Positions 51,699 to 64,000 of a stretch of 64,000 nucleotides of DNA are shown one piece after another. Numbering within the stretch: position 1 is the stretch's first letter; each line of letters opens with the position of its first letter. Origin of the DNA: Ginglymostoma cirratum (Eukaryota); contig JAHRHZ010000042.1 in the NCBI GenBank assembly GCA_024137785.1, forward strand, positions 24,169,424-24,233,423, written 5' to 3'. Below the pieces are notes generated by a model. The model saw nothing but the letters and a program-made list of their open reading frames with translations, did not search any database and was not told where the DNA came from. The position numbers were made by a program, and so were the translations under genes.

Positions 51699-54278
51699 AC
51701 TAATGGTTACTTGGATCTCCCTAATGCTGTTAGCAATAGGGTTGTGAAGGGATTAACTGCCCAAAGGAATTCAGCCTTAGAAATAAATTGATTTTGTCCT
51801 ATACTCGACTCGTCACCACCAGGTTGACCAACTGTCCAGTATTTTATCAATGTGTCCCTGACATTGACTGTCCAAAATATTAAGGGACACCTTTTCTCCA
51901 TTATTTGTTGGATTGTATTGAAGACTAAGCCTGGGTTTGTCCTCTTACTTCTTCCTTTGTATTTTTTTTCATGAACGTGCATCTTTACTTCTGTTCTATG
52001 GTCAGCAGTATGTCTCCATCTCCATCCGATGTGCTGTTATTTTACTTCAATCGACTTGGTCACCCAAGTTATCACGGGGCTCCAGCAGCTGACAAAAGCT
52101 TCAAGTTTATCACCACCCCACTCTAATTCCCCAATGTACGCTCTGCATTTTTATCAATTCAGATCCTATGCTCTGATTATCTTGTTTAAACAGCCTGTCT
52201 CCAGGAATTCTAACAAACTTTGTTTAATTGGGACAGCTCATGGGAACTTTTTTTGAACAAGTTTTGTGTGTTTCAAAAAGGACATACCAGCAGACAAATA
52301 TGCTATTCCAATCTAGACAAATCTGACAGAATACAGTTCCAAATTTCTCAACTCAAGCCTTCCTGAGTTATCAGGCAGTACTGGAGCTAACACGTCTGGA
52401 TCACAGTTGAAGTTCCTTCGCTTATACTGCCCACATTGGTGCTTCTATCCTAACATTACAGACCAGAACGTAACAGTCCAGCTCATTGAAGATCCACTGC
52501 TATTGGATAAAGCCCCAATAACTACAATGGATCAGGTTTCTTTCTGACTTGTTTTTCAGCTCCTTAAACTATCTATCAGAGTAGACTCACAAAATTAGAA
52601 TCAAGACACAAAGATATTAAGTTAAGGAAAGAACAGAGAAGCAAAGTAAATACTTCTGGATGGAAGCCAAATGCTGTGGGCTAAATAACTGTGCAGAAAA
52701 TGTGTTCAATTATGTAAATCTGCAAATTTTTACTTAAATCTCTTAATTAATACTCTGTTCCCAGAACAAACACGCTAAATATCATAATCTGTGGCACAAG
52801 TAGAACCTTTTATCTCTATTTCCAGCTGTGCTCCCTTCACCAACTTATTAAAATATGGCTGAATTGTCAGCTATCAATTTAAATGTTGAACCTATTAGAT
52901 CCTATCAACAAATCCTGCCCTCTCCTACAAATTTATGCTGTCCTCACAATATCCTTAACCCAGAATAATGTTCTGAAATATGTAGCAGAGAATTCTTTCC
53001 ATCTGCATTGAAAGAAAATATCAGGAAAAAATGTGAAGAATAAAAAAAAGTGATGAGGGATATGCTTTTACTATCCCAGCTGTTTGGATCCAAATATATC
53101 CCAACTGAATCCCAACAAATGAGCTTTAGACACTGTTCTAATGCAGGAAATAAGGAATAACAATGCTGATAAAGAAAACTGGTGACTGGCCTCCACACTT
53201 CGATGTCTAAATGCAAATTCATGTGATCCCAATGCATGCACCCTCTTAAGTATTGTGAATCTTATACCATAGCAGTTCTCAAGCCCAATCCTGAAAAAAC
53301 ATGGCGACTAGCACAGAAGAAATGAGGAACATTTCAATAGAGGGTATTATGGTATTAAAACATATTCTTCTTTTTTCTCTCCTGAAGGGTTACATATCCA
53401 AAGGATTAGAGAGCTCTTCAGATCTTATATAGCTGACCAGTCTTCATGCCTAAGCCAAGACAACGTCAGACAGCCAGCTGTACAACTATGATGGGATGAA
53501 ATCCAAACTTGACCCTGACCTATCACACTTTATATATGCGATTCCCAAAGGATAAACAATCAGGATGGAAGTGTCAACTTAGTTTTCCCATTTCTAGCCA
53601 TAGATTTATGTGATTATTTCCAGTATACTGACTACTGCCATGGTTAACATAAAACTAAACATCATGTCCTGTTGCAACTTTACATTACATGAAATCTCAA
53701 CTTTGAATATTTATTTATCATCCTACATTGTCTTTGAATGATATGGGCTTCCAAGGCAAGAGCAATACATATTATCTCATTTCAAGGTTATATACGGCTC
53801 ATAACAAAAAATAAAAAATCATAACATGTACACCTCTATCACGAAACCTTAAAATCACCATTCGTTTCTGGTCTACTCCAAAACTGTAAGGTTACTTCAC
53901 TTCTTAGCTAAAAAAAAAACCTTTTCAAACTGCATTACTATGATACAAAAAAAATCCAAATTGTATTTGGTGAAAGTCATGTAAGTGATTATCATCAAAA
54001 ATTATTTGAAATTATTTGCTCAGAGCAGAAAAAATAATTTGCAAGGAAATAATAGCTTTATTACACTTGTTAAAATCAGTTCACAATTCAAATTAATGGT
54101 TATTTGAATCTTTTTCAGAAAAGGAATGATGCTGAATTACTGAAACAAATTTGGAAGTCTTTTAATTCTTCTGAATGGGATAATTACTATGACCTTTTCG
54201 AAAATTTGAATTCTGCACCATTTTGTCTTCCTACTCAGTTGTGTAAAATTGTCAGGAATAAGCATAATCTGACCTTAC

Positions 54279-54511
54279 CTTGTACAATTATGTATACCCT
54301 CGATGTCCTGGGATGATTGTGAGTTTGAACAGAGCAAGTGTATGGGCCTTCATCGTACACATCTACACCCACTATCTGAATGCTGTATTCTGTTTTACTA
54401 TTAGTCACGATAACCACCCGAGGGTCTAGTGACCACTTATCCTTGCCGGCGTAGAGGATGCTGGAGCGATTCAACCATGCCACACGTGTCACTCCACTGT
54501 CAATAGAGCAC
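54279..54511 (-). CDS. Internal coding exon of an IgLON family cell-adhesion gene (neurotrimin/OPCML-like), Ig-like domain 1
   Basis: Translates as (R)[77 protein letters not shown], matching NTM/OPCML Ig1 ([24 protein letters not shown]). Acceptor ...taatttcAG|G at 54512/54511, preceded by a pyrimidine-rich tract on the minus strand. Donor CAAG|GTAAGG at 54279/54278. Length 233 bp. NTM and OPCML cannot be separated from one exon, so no symbol is given. Confidence 0.96.
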
Positions 54512-55169
54512 CTGAAATTAGATCAAAAAAGAAAAACAAACATCAGAATATTGAAGACTCATGGACAATAAAAATAAAACATCGTTTAGGATGTGTTGCC
54601 ATCTCCTCAATAATTACAATGGCAACTTATGCGAATTTATCATGGAGCAATACAAAACCACCAGTTGAGGTTTTGTCTTTATTGCTTTATTTAGTACCCT
54701 TAAGTAATGGGGAACTGCATCCACACAAAGGATAAATCACTTTCCACCAGTGGAGGCCTACTGATGATGAATTACACAATGGTTTTGAACATTGGTCAGA
54801 AAGTATATGATCAGTAAGTGCTGGATTTATTCCAGTCAGGCAGAATCTGTGGAAAGAGCAAATTGGGATGCTATTTACTTCACTGTAATGTGCACAATTG
54901 GAATCAGGGGTTAGTTAAATATGAGAAATATATTAGCCTGAGATATTTGGAAGCATAATGACAGGAATGAAAGACATAGAGAACATGCAAAATGCTGAGG
55001 TAGTGTAGGAGGAGGCAGATGAAAGTAAAAGCACAAAAAGCAAAAAACGTGGAGCATACAATTCTATGATCCAGTTAGTTACACACATTGAATTCACGTG
55101 TAGAACTAAGTCAGACAGACAGCCGAGAAATGCCTTCTCTCTCCAACTATTTAATGCTGTTTGGTTTTC

Positions 55170-57850
55170 CCTATTCATCCAAAGGACGTAGGCTTTGCCG
55201 GTTGGGACTGTATCAATTGCCATTCCTAATTGTCTTTGAGGAGGTGGTGAGCTGCCTGCTTGAGTTGCTGCAGTCCATTTGGTCAAAATGCCCCCACAGT
55301 GCTGACAGGGAGGGAGTTACCAACATTTTGATGCAGCAGCAGTGAAGGCACGACAACACAGTTTCAAAGGTAACAAGGTGCAGAGCTGGATGAACACAGC
55401 AGGCCAAGCAGCATCAGAGGAGCAGGAAAGCTGACGATTAGGGCCTACACCCTCCTTCAGAAATGGGGGAGGGGAAGGGGATTCTGAAATAAATAGGGAG
55501 AGAGGGGGAGGCAGATTGAAGATGAATAGAGGAGAAGATAGGTAGAGAGGAGACAGGCAGGTCAAAGAGGCGGGGATGGAGCCAGTAAAGGTGTGTGCAG
55601 ATGGGGAGTTAGGGAGGGGATAGGTCAGTCCAGGGAGGACGGACAGGTGAAGGGGGCGGGATGAGGCTAGTAGGTAGGAGATGTGGGTAGGGCTTGAGGT
55701 GGGAGGAGGGGATAGGTGGGAGGAAGGACAGGTTAGGGAGGTGGGGACAAGCTGGGCTGGTTTTGGGATGCGGTAGGGGGATGCTTGTGAAGTCTACATT
55801 GATACCACTGTGCTGCAGAGTTCCCAAGCGGAATATGAGGCGCTGTTCCTGCAACCTTTGGGTGGCATCGTTGTGGCACTAGAGGAGCCGAGGACGGACA
55901 TGTAATCTGGGGAATGGGGTGGGGAGTTGAAATGGTTCGCAACTGGGAGGTGCAGCTGTTTAGCGCGAACCAAACATAGATGGTCCGCAAAGCGGTCCCC
56001 AAGCCTCCGCTTGGTTTCCCCGATGTAGAGGAGGCCACAATGGGAACATTGGATACAGTATGCCAAATTAGCAGATGTGCAGGTGAACATCCGCTTGATG
56101 TGGAAAGTCTTCCTGGGGTCTGGGATGGGGGTGAGGGGGGAGGTGTAGGGGCAGGCGTAGCACTTCCTGCGGTTGCAGGGAAAAGTGCCGGGTGTGGTGA
56201 GGCTGGAGGGGATTGTGGAGCGGACAAGGGACTCCCGGAGAGAGTGGTCCCTCGGGAAAGCAGATAAGGGTGGGGAGGGAAAAATGTCTTTGGTGGTGGG
56301 ATCGGATTGCAGACGGCAGAAGTGTCGGAGGATGATGCGTTGGATAATCTCCTACCTACCAGCCTCATCCCGCCCCCTTGACCTGTCCATCCTCCCTGGA
56401 CTGACCTATCCCCTCCCTAACTCCCCACCTACACTCACCTTTACTGGCTCCATTCCCGCCTCTTTGACCTGTCTGTCTCCTCTCCACGTATCTTCTCCCC
56501 TGTACCATCATCTATCTGCCTCCCTCTCTCTCCCTATTTATTTCAGAACCCCCTTCCCCTCCCCCATTTCTGAAGAAGGGTCTAAGCCCGAAATGTCAGC
56601 TTTCCTGCTCCTCTGATGCTGCTTGGCCTGCTGTGTTCATCCAGCTCTACACCTTGTTATCTCAGATTCTCCAGCATCTGCAGTTCCTACTATCTCTCTC
56701 CAACAGAGTTTCAAGTCAGAAAGGTAAATAGTTTGGAGGACAGCTTACAGGTGGTAATATTCTCAAGTATCTGCTGCCCTTGTCCTTCTAGATGGTAGTG
56801 GCCTTGCATTGGAACGGTGCTGTCTAAGGATCTTTCGTGAATTTTCACAGTGTGCCTTGTACATGGTGCATACTGCTGCTAGTGTATGTAGGTGGTGGAT
56901 CAAGTGTATCTTGTAGATGGTGGACAGGCTTTGGGAGTCAATAGATGAGTTACTCGCTGCAAGATTTCTAACCTCTGGCCTCTCTTGTAAACCCAAAAAT
57001 TTAAAGCTAGACCATTTCGGTTTCTGGTCAATTGTACCCAAAGAATGTTGGCACTGGGGGATTCAGCAGTAATAATGTAATTGTCTGTCATGGGATTATG
57101 GTTAGGTTCTCTCTTGTGGGAGATGGTCATTGCCTGGCACTTGTGTGACACAAATCCCACTTGCCCCATGTCAGCCCAAACCTGGATTTTCCCAGGTTGG
57201 TTTGCATTTTCTGACGGATGGTTTCAATATCCGAGGAGTCACAAATGGTGCTGAACTTTGTGCAAACAGCAGTGAACACTCCCACTTTAAGCTAACGATG
57301 GAAGGAAATTCAATTGACAAAGTAACTGGAGATGACGCCTGCAGTCATATCCTGGAGCTGAGATGACAGCCAATAACTACAATGATCTAATTCCATGCCA
57401 GATATGACTCCAACCAGCAGAGGATGCTTCCCTCAATTCTGATTGATCCCAGTTTTGCTCAGCCTCCTTGATACTACACTTGGTTAATTGCAACTTTGAT
57501 GTCAAGGGCTGTCACTCTCTCCTCACCTCTAAAATTTAGCTGTTCTGTTGATGTTTGACTGTAATGAGGTCAGGAGCCGGGTTGGCCTGAGGGAACCCAA
57601 ACGAAAGTCAATAAGCAAGTTGTTGCTCAGCCAATGCTGCTTGATAGCACCGGAGAAAACCCCTTCCATGATTTTATTGATGATCAAGAATAGGTGAGGT
57701 TGTGCTTGTCCTCCTTTTGTCCTCCAGGACATACCTGGGCAATTTTCTATGTTACTGGCAGCTGCTATTGTTTCAGCTGTATAGGGACAGAGCAGCTGGA
57801 TGTGTCGCAGGTTCTCCAGCACAGGTCTTCAATATACTGCCGATGTTAAT
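55170..57850 (-). mobile_element. Family-B CR1-group LINE (RT to 3' end), split by a PLE at 55368-56700
   Basis: 3' tail at 55170-55280. After the PLE: ALDIKVAI, KIMEGVFSGAIKQHWLSNNLLID and STIYK motifs. Confidence 0.8.
55368..56700. mobile_element. Penelope-like retroelement: 5'-truncated minus copy with GIY-YIG endonuclease plus an inverted pLTR
   Basis: ORF 55794..56090 FTCTSANLAYCIQCSHCGLLYIGETKRRLGDRFADHL is a PLE GIY-YIG domain. The minus copy spans 55368-56345 and the inverted arm 56347-56700. 14-bp TSD caaca(c/g)agtttcaa at 55354-55367 and 56701-56714. Confidence 0.92.
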
Positions 57851-57914
57851 ATTCCCCTTGGGGATCCTCCTGTCATTCCTCAATGAAATCTATTATCATG
57901 ATGATCTATTCCTT

Positions 57915-58850
57915 TTTGAGCAGTTTTGGGCCCCATACCTAAGGAAGGATATGCTTACATTGGAGATTATCCAGAGAAAGTTTACAAGAAGGAACCCTGG
58001 GGATGAAGAACTTGTTGTAAGACTACCAGTTGAGGACTCTGGGTTTGGACTTGATGGAGTTCATAAGGAAGGATGGTATGGATCAGATTGAAACTTGCAG
58101 AATACTGAGAGGCCTGGATAGTGTGGATGTGGAGAAGATGTTTCCACTAGCAAGAGAGACTAGGACCCAAGGAAACAGCCTCATCGAGAAGGGATGACCC
58201 TTTAGAACTGAGATGAGGAAGAATTTCTTCAGCCAAAGGGTGGTGAATCTGTGGAATTCATTGCTGCAAAAAGTGGCAGAAGCCAAGTTATTGAGTGTAT
58301 TTAAGACGGAGATAGATAGGTTCTTGATTGGTAAGGGGATCAAGGGTTACAGGGAGAAGATATATCAGAAATATATCAGAGATAGCAAGAACTGCATATG
58401 CTGGAGTAACAAATAACCTAAGTATGGAGCTGAAGGTACACAGCAGGCCAGGTAGCATCAGGGGAGCAGGAAAGTTGACATTTTGGGTCAGGATCCTTCT
58501 TCAGAAATGGGGAGGGGGAAGGGAGCTGGGAAATAAATAGAGAGGAGGGGTGGGGCTGGGGCAGGTAGGTGAGTGCAATGTGGTGGGAATTGGTCAGTGA
58601 GGTGGGAGGGTCAGACAGGTGGGAGAGAAGATAGACAGGTTGTGTCAGGTCAAGGAGGTGGTGATGACAGGAAGGCTTGGACATGGGATGAGGCCAGGGG
58701 GTGGGGAGATTTTAAAACTGGTGAATTCCATGTTTAAGCCATCAAGCTGCACTGTGTTATCTCGGAAACATATCAGCAATGATCAAATGGTAGAGTGGAC
58801 TTGATGGGCTGAATGGCCTAATTCTGCTCCTATATCTTATTGTCTAATAG
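57915..58850 (+). mobile_element. CR1 3' fragment, split by a PLE pLTR at 58380-58764
   Basis: EQFWAPYLRKDMLTLEIIQRKFTR and MRKNFFSQRVVNLWNSL. The 3' UTR resumes at 58765. Confidence 0.88.
58380..58764 (-). mobile_element. Penelope pLTR insertion with a tiny inverted end and 12-bp TSD
   Basis: TSD gaaa(t/c)atatcag at 58368-58379 and 58765-58776. Decayed hammerhead at ~58475-58505. Inverted pLTR scrap cactgtgttatctc at ~58750-58763. Confidence 0.8.
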
Positions 58851-60079
58851 AGTCAAATGTTTCTCTAGCTTCCCCTTAAATATATGCGTGATGTAATTAT
58901 GTCAACAACTGAGTTCATTACGATTAAATAACATGGTCATGATGAAACATGTCTGACTTCAGTTCAAACTCGTGGACGAATTGTAAGACTCATTTTGAAG
59001 ACAAAGAATTGTGTTTGTCCACATCAATTTACATACATCTGAGTGAATAATTAAAATCACAGGCGTAGGTGTGGATTATGTGCAGTTATGTAAAATGGGT
59101 GACAGAGAGTTAGCTGTCCGTATTATACCTCCCTGATTGATATTTCCATTGGGTTCAATCACTGACGGGATCTTGCTTATGAATGCCTGTCATATTTTGA
59201 TACATTAAAACATGTTGAAGCTGTTGAGCCAGCCACCTCTGAAAACAATGCAGTAACAGGCACATGGACTTTAGTGGGTAAACCCAGGATGTCTGAAAGC
59301 CCAGTTTTGCTGCTGGATATGCTTTGTTCCAGCTGGGAAAAAAAGAAATTAAAAACGTGCCTCCAGTCCTCACCCCCTGCACATTCCTCATGCCCTATTC
59401 ATGACAACCAATTCTATCCATCCACCCTTAACAGCCTCACGTACGCTTTATATCAGGCTATGCTCTTCTTCACAAACCTACCTAAACACTATATTCTAAA
59501 TTATGCCCTTGACCCAGGTCCTCATGCCATGCTAACAGATGCACTCTTACCCATCCGCAAGCCATCTTAAAACCTCTATGTCAACTTGGCGCTGAGGTGC
59601 ATGCCAACCCATGTGCCCCACCCTACTATTGGTATCCTTTTCCTCTTCATGCCGATTCACTCAGTATCCAACATGGGCTGACTTCAGGGCCAGTACTGAG
59701 TTAAAATAAAACAAAGGTCTAAGTGTCAAGTGATAAATTGTCCATGTAAAAAACAACTAATGCATTAAAAAAATGCATTCAACAACTTAATCTATTCTAA
59801 CCACAAACCTTTGCATTCATCAACCCATATCAAACAGTTTATTTTCATTCAGAGATGTCATCAAACTATGAACTGACAGTTATCCCACTGTGAAAATGCA
59901 ATGTTGCGTAAATCAGTCATTCAACTCAGACCCTATAATGAAAGCTCTCTGACTTATCTTTCAACAGAAACTGAAACTATCCTCGTCCCCACCCAGCATG
60001 AGTGGAACAGCATCTAGGCTTGGGCTGATAACTACCAAAAAACATTGATGTCACACAGGTCCCAGTCGGTGACCATTAC

Positions 60080-60275
60080 ATGGAATTTATTGATCCTTCA
60101 CTCTTGCTGGGTTAAAATTCTGGAACTTCTTTCCTAACAGCACTATGGATGACCACACCACCAGGATTGCAATGGTTCAAGAAGGCAGCTCAGGAACACT
60201 TTCTCCAGTGCAATTAGCGGTGGGAAATAAATGTAGGTCGAGACAACAGTGTCTGGATCTCATGAACAAAAAAAA
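60080..60275 (+). mobile_element. Family-B LINE 3' tail
   Basis: ttcactcttgctgggttaaaattctggaac...ggttcaagaaggcagctca...gggaaataaatg. Confidence 0.7.
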
Positions 60276-61555
60276 TGACAGAATGCAACAGCAAACACTG
60301 ATACTTCTTTTTAAAAAAGCAAGATCTTTCAAAGAAAACCTAGAGGATTTAAATACCTTGCCAGGTTAATGCTTAGAATGAATGTATCCACTTTTACGCA
60401 CATATTCAAGTCTACTCAATGATCCTTAAAAGGATCTGAACTTCCCAAAGATGTCCCCGAATCTCTCTAAAAGGGGGTGCAACCTCTCCAAAGAACTCCA
60501 GTAGGTTTTGTCCTTCCCTTTGAAAATGTGAGGCCCACAAATCATGTTTTGGCCAGGCTATGTCCGATTCACAAAGGTGCAAACTGCAATCCTTCCTCAT
60601 TCTCCTGACACAAACTCACATCTCCAGTGAAAATTATTGTTGTTAGCTTCAGGAGCAGTGCATCCATAATTAGACCTCCAATACCACCTGGACTAATGCA
60701 GGGACCCTCTCAACCTTTGCAAACTTTCAGGCCAATGGGACCACTGAGGAAGAACTATTATTGCCTTGGACATAAACGACAATGTTGATTTTCTGCATGG
60801 CAGTGCAAATTAGTTCTTGAGGATTAAGATAGCAACTTTGAGATTTCTCAATCCATGTTCTTCACAATACATATGATGAAACCTTCAAACTGATTAGCCC
60901 CCGTTTTAATTGTCTGTAATTGCTATTTCATGTTAAACCACAAGATATATAAAAAAACAACTTCATTACTAAACTGAATTAAGAAGATACCTACTGTTTT
61001 CACAACGAGGTGAGGACCAAGTGATCCACATCCTGAACAATAAAAATCAATTGTACATTTTTTTGCAACAAAAACATGTTTCAGTGGTAAAGAAACTCCT
61101 ATTAATTTAATCTTTTATTCATCCATTAAATCTTGTCCCTAAAGAAATGCAGGATTTCAGCCAGTATAGCTTTTGCTGAATAATTACCAAATTCAAAGTC
61201 ACCATGGAATTCATTTCCCATAACCAACCATCCACAAATATAATTCCATTCTCAATTATATCTTTAAAGCCATCAGGCATTGCCACAATATAATCAGCTT
61301 CTTCAAACTGTTTTCTACGTTCCTCGCTAAAAACACCTGCTTGATTGTCCATGACTATCCCTTGCTTACGTCATTGAGCTATTTCTAACTTAATCCCAGC
61401 TGATTAGAATGCTTTGTTCTCTTGGCATTTTTTGATAAAAATAAGTTAGTTCAATATATGATTGTGCCAGAATTATACGGCGCAAATGGAGATCATTCAG
61501 CTCCTCACGGCTGTACCCTTTTTGAATGAATCATCCAATTTGAACTATAGTTCTG

Positions 61556-61797
61556 GATAATAAGGTGTGGGGCTGGATGAACACAGCAGGCCAAGCAGCA
61601 TCATAGGAGCAGGAAAGCTTGACGTTCTGGGCCTAGACCCTTCATTGGAAATTCATCAGGATTTTCTGATGAAGGGTCTAGGCCCGAAACGTCAAGCTTT
61701 CCTGCTCCTATGATGCTGCTTGGCCTGCTGTGTTCATCCAGCCCCACACCTTGTTATCTCGGATCCTCCAGCATCTGCAGTACCTTTTATCTCTGTG
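61556..61797. mobile_element. 242-bp foldback PLE-derived insertion with 11-bp TSD
   Basis: Inverted arms ~61556-61651 and ~61662-61758. TSD ctatagttctg at 61545-61555 and 61798-61808. Confidence 0.9.
61662..61697 (+). ncRNA. Minimal type I hammerhead ribozyme motif (intact core)
   Basis: uuu-CUGAUGA-A-GGGU(CUAG)GCCC-GAAAC-GUC-aag. Core at 61666-61693. Confidence 0.72.
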
Positions 61798-62389
61798 CTA
61801 TAGTTCTGTTCTTTCCAACGATACGAAAAAAAATCTCATCTTCAAAATACATCCAACATGCTTGTGAACGCATTTTTCGTTATTCTTCTTTTAATGTCAA
61901 TTGCATGATAAAACATTTCATGATCATTTTAGTTCATAATTACTGGAGGGGATAATCTTCTGCCCCACAAAGACTTTTAAGGAAAGTTTACAGTCTTGCC
62001 TTCAGTCAGGTTAGTACAGTCAGTGGTTAGTATAATATGAAGACTCACATTATTACTTTTTTTTATTGCAAACTGCTCTAATTTTATCATTCCTTTTAAT
62101 TAGACCTACGGCTCAGAACTGTGTTGTATCTTGTTTAGCAAAGAGCTGTGGTAGTGCTATTGATTCATGCAGCTACTGGAGAAAATTACCAATATAGACT
62201 GGTCCAGAAGCTGCTGGTTAGATTAATGCCCAAAGATTCGTGACAAGCCTGCAATTTCCCACAAGGTGCGAATCAGCACAAGTGGCTGAACTATTTTCTC
62301 CAGTCTACTGTTAGTCTCTTAAAAAAAAAATCAACTAATTGCCATTCTCCGCTTTTAAGATTTGGCTGCATTAGCTTTTCTATCAGGAA

Positions 62390-62760
62390 ACTGGCAGCCA
62401 ATTTGGACACAGCGACATTCCACAAAAGGTAATGTATAATGATTAGACAGTCTGTTTCTAGATTTTGTGGCTGTGATTCTATGACTCTATGTTGTCTGAG
62501 GGATAATGATTGGCCAGGAGAGCTGAAAGAACTTATCTGCTCTACTTTGGAACGGTAGCACAGGATTTTTATTTTAACTTTCACCTGAGAAAGCATGCAA
62601 GGACTTGGTTCCATGTTTCATTGAAAATTGGAACATGTAAATAAGGCAATACTCACTTTGTATAATACTTATATGTCAACCTGGAATTTGTGCTCCAATC
62701 TGGATGTGGGAGTTGCACTCACAAGACTAAGTGGTACATTAAACCACTGTGGCATAGCCG
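62390..62760 (-). mobile_element. Old Deu-domain-type SINE (SacSINE1/AmnSINE-related)
   Basis: The plus strand carries a degenerate reverse complement of the Deu core (tgattggccagga...ctgctctac...caggatttttattt...cacctgagaaagca...ttggtt...catt gaaa). A tRNA-like head complement ccactgtggcatagc lies at ~62750. Recognised from memory only. Confidence 0.55.
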
Positions 62761-63609
62761 CTGTGCGACATTGCATGGGTTCTGAGTCAGCAGGTAGTGC
62801 AATTAGAACTTTACATCCCAATGTTGCAATAATGCCTGCAGCTAAAACAAAATGCATGATGGAGCTGAAACTATCAGTAGCTCCCACAGAAAGCTCACTC
62901 CCTCGAGACCTCTTTCTCCTCACAAGTATGCTACCATGATGTTCCATGAGGCTGATGTGCTGAGGTATAATGAAACTCTTTTTGCAAAATAATAAATATG
63001 TGACATTCTCCTGCTGTTTAAACAAAACACACAACCTCTTGTGAATATTTTATTCTTCCTCACCCAATCATAATGCAACCAATTTGGTGTTGAATTGTGG
63101 AATCAGCCCAGTAACCCCATTTTGAGTTTGCAACTTTGCGTCTGGAAACTAATGTTTCGTGCCAGGTTTTCATCAGTTATCTTCTAACTTTATCTTGCTT
63201 TTGGTTCAGTTCTGTGCATGTTTGATAGCACAAACCTTTGTTTTCTACCAACGCATTCATCAAATATTTCCAGAATATTTTGTATTATTTGGCAAATGCA
63301 GCAGGATGTAATGATTTGCAACTCAGTATATACTTTTTACTGAGTATCTGAAGTTTGGTAAATAAATGGATTATACTTAGTTCCAACAACATTCAATGAA
63401 TACACATATAAAAGGATTATCTATTAACTGAAACCATTCTCATTCAGCCGACCAAACTTGGATTTATCATAGCCAAAATCTTAACTGGAATAGAAGCAAT
63501 ACAGAATACTGAACTGAAGACAGAGTCTAGGGAGAATTTTCTTGGTGCCTGAAGAATAATAGAAATAAATTAAATGATTATCTTTTTGAATGGTAAGTTA
63601 CGAGCAAAT

Positions 63610-63826
63610 TATTATATGGGAACACCATCACCTGCAAGTTCTCCTCCAAGTCACGTACCGTCCTGTTCCTTCACGGTTGCTGGGCATTATGGGTCAACCT
63701 AGAGCAGGTGGACTGCAGCGGTTCAAGAAGGCAACTCACCACCACCTTCTCAAGAGCAACTAGGGACAGGCAATAAAATGTTGGTCAGCCGGCGACTTCC
63801 ACGTCCCATAAGTGAATTAAAAAAAT
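63610..63826 (+). mobile_element. Family-B LINE 3' tail
   Basis: ggactgcagcggttcaagaaggcaactcaccaccaccttctcaagagcaactagggacaggcaataaaatg...gtgaattaaaaaaa. Confidence 0.85.
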
Positions 63827-64000
63827 ATATTCTTTGTAAGAATGGTTTGTGCTTGCAGCTATAGTTGATTCACCAAGAATTCCATATTAGAGAATTTAAG
63901 AATTTCATGTTTACTATTTTGCCTTTGACTCCAACAGTACAGGTTTCCCACTTTGATGTTATGCTCCTGATTATACCTTGGAGGATCCATTCAGTCAGTT

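Noticed and set aside
54235-54492. ORF-track 85-aa protein as a complete gene
   Set aside because: The GTG start and the C-terminal KVRLCLF tail are not real. The true unit is the spliced exon 54279-54511.

Overview
Vertebrate, repeat-rich intronic DNA, most likely from a cartilaginous fish (shark). This inference rests on HE1/V-SINE, HER1-like CR1, Deu-type SINE and Penelope repeats that I recognise from memory. I find one host coding exon: a 233-bp minus-strand exon (54279-54511, AG/GT splice sites) encoding most of the first Ig domain of an IgLON adhesion molecule of the NTM/OPCML subgroup. The rest appears to be intron of that gene. It is filled with CR1-group and L2 LINE fragments, a Tx1-like L1 fragment, tRNA-derived SINEs, decayed PIF/Harbinger transposons (transposase and Myb/SANT remnants) and many Penelope-like element (PLE) pieces. 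There are two 400-N assembly gaps. The most notable signal is a set of minimal hammerhead-ribozyme motifs (CTGANGA-stem-GAAACGTH) in PLE pseudo-LTRs. They occur in small TSD-flanked non-coding insertions, including a ~211-nt permuted retrozyme-like unit and a 242-bp foldback. There is also a ~200-bp local inverted duplication that a young CR1 later split, with a 19-nt locally templated filler at the CR1 5' junction. Repeat family names come from motif recognition without database searches, and the boundaries of old repeats are approximate. Almost all other ORFs in the track are TE-derived or spurious.
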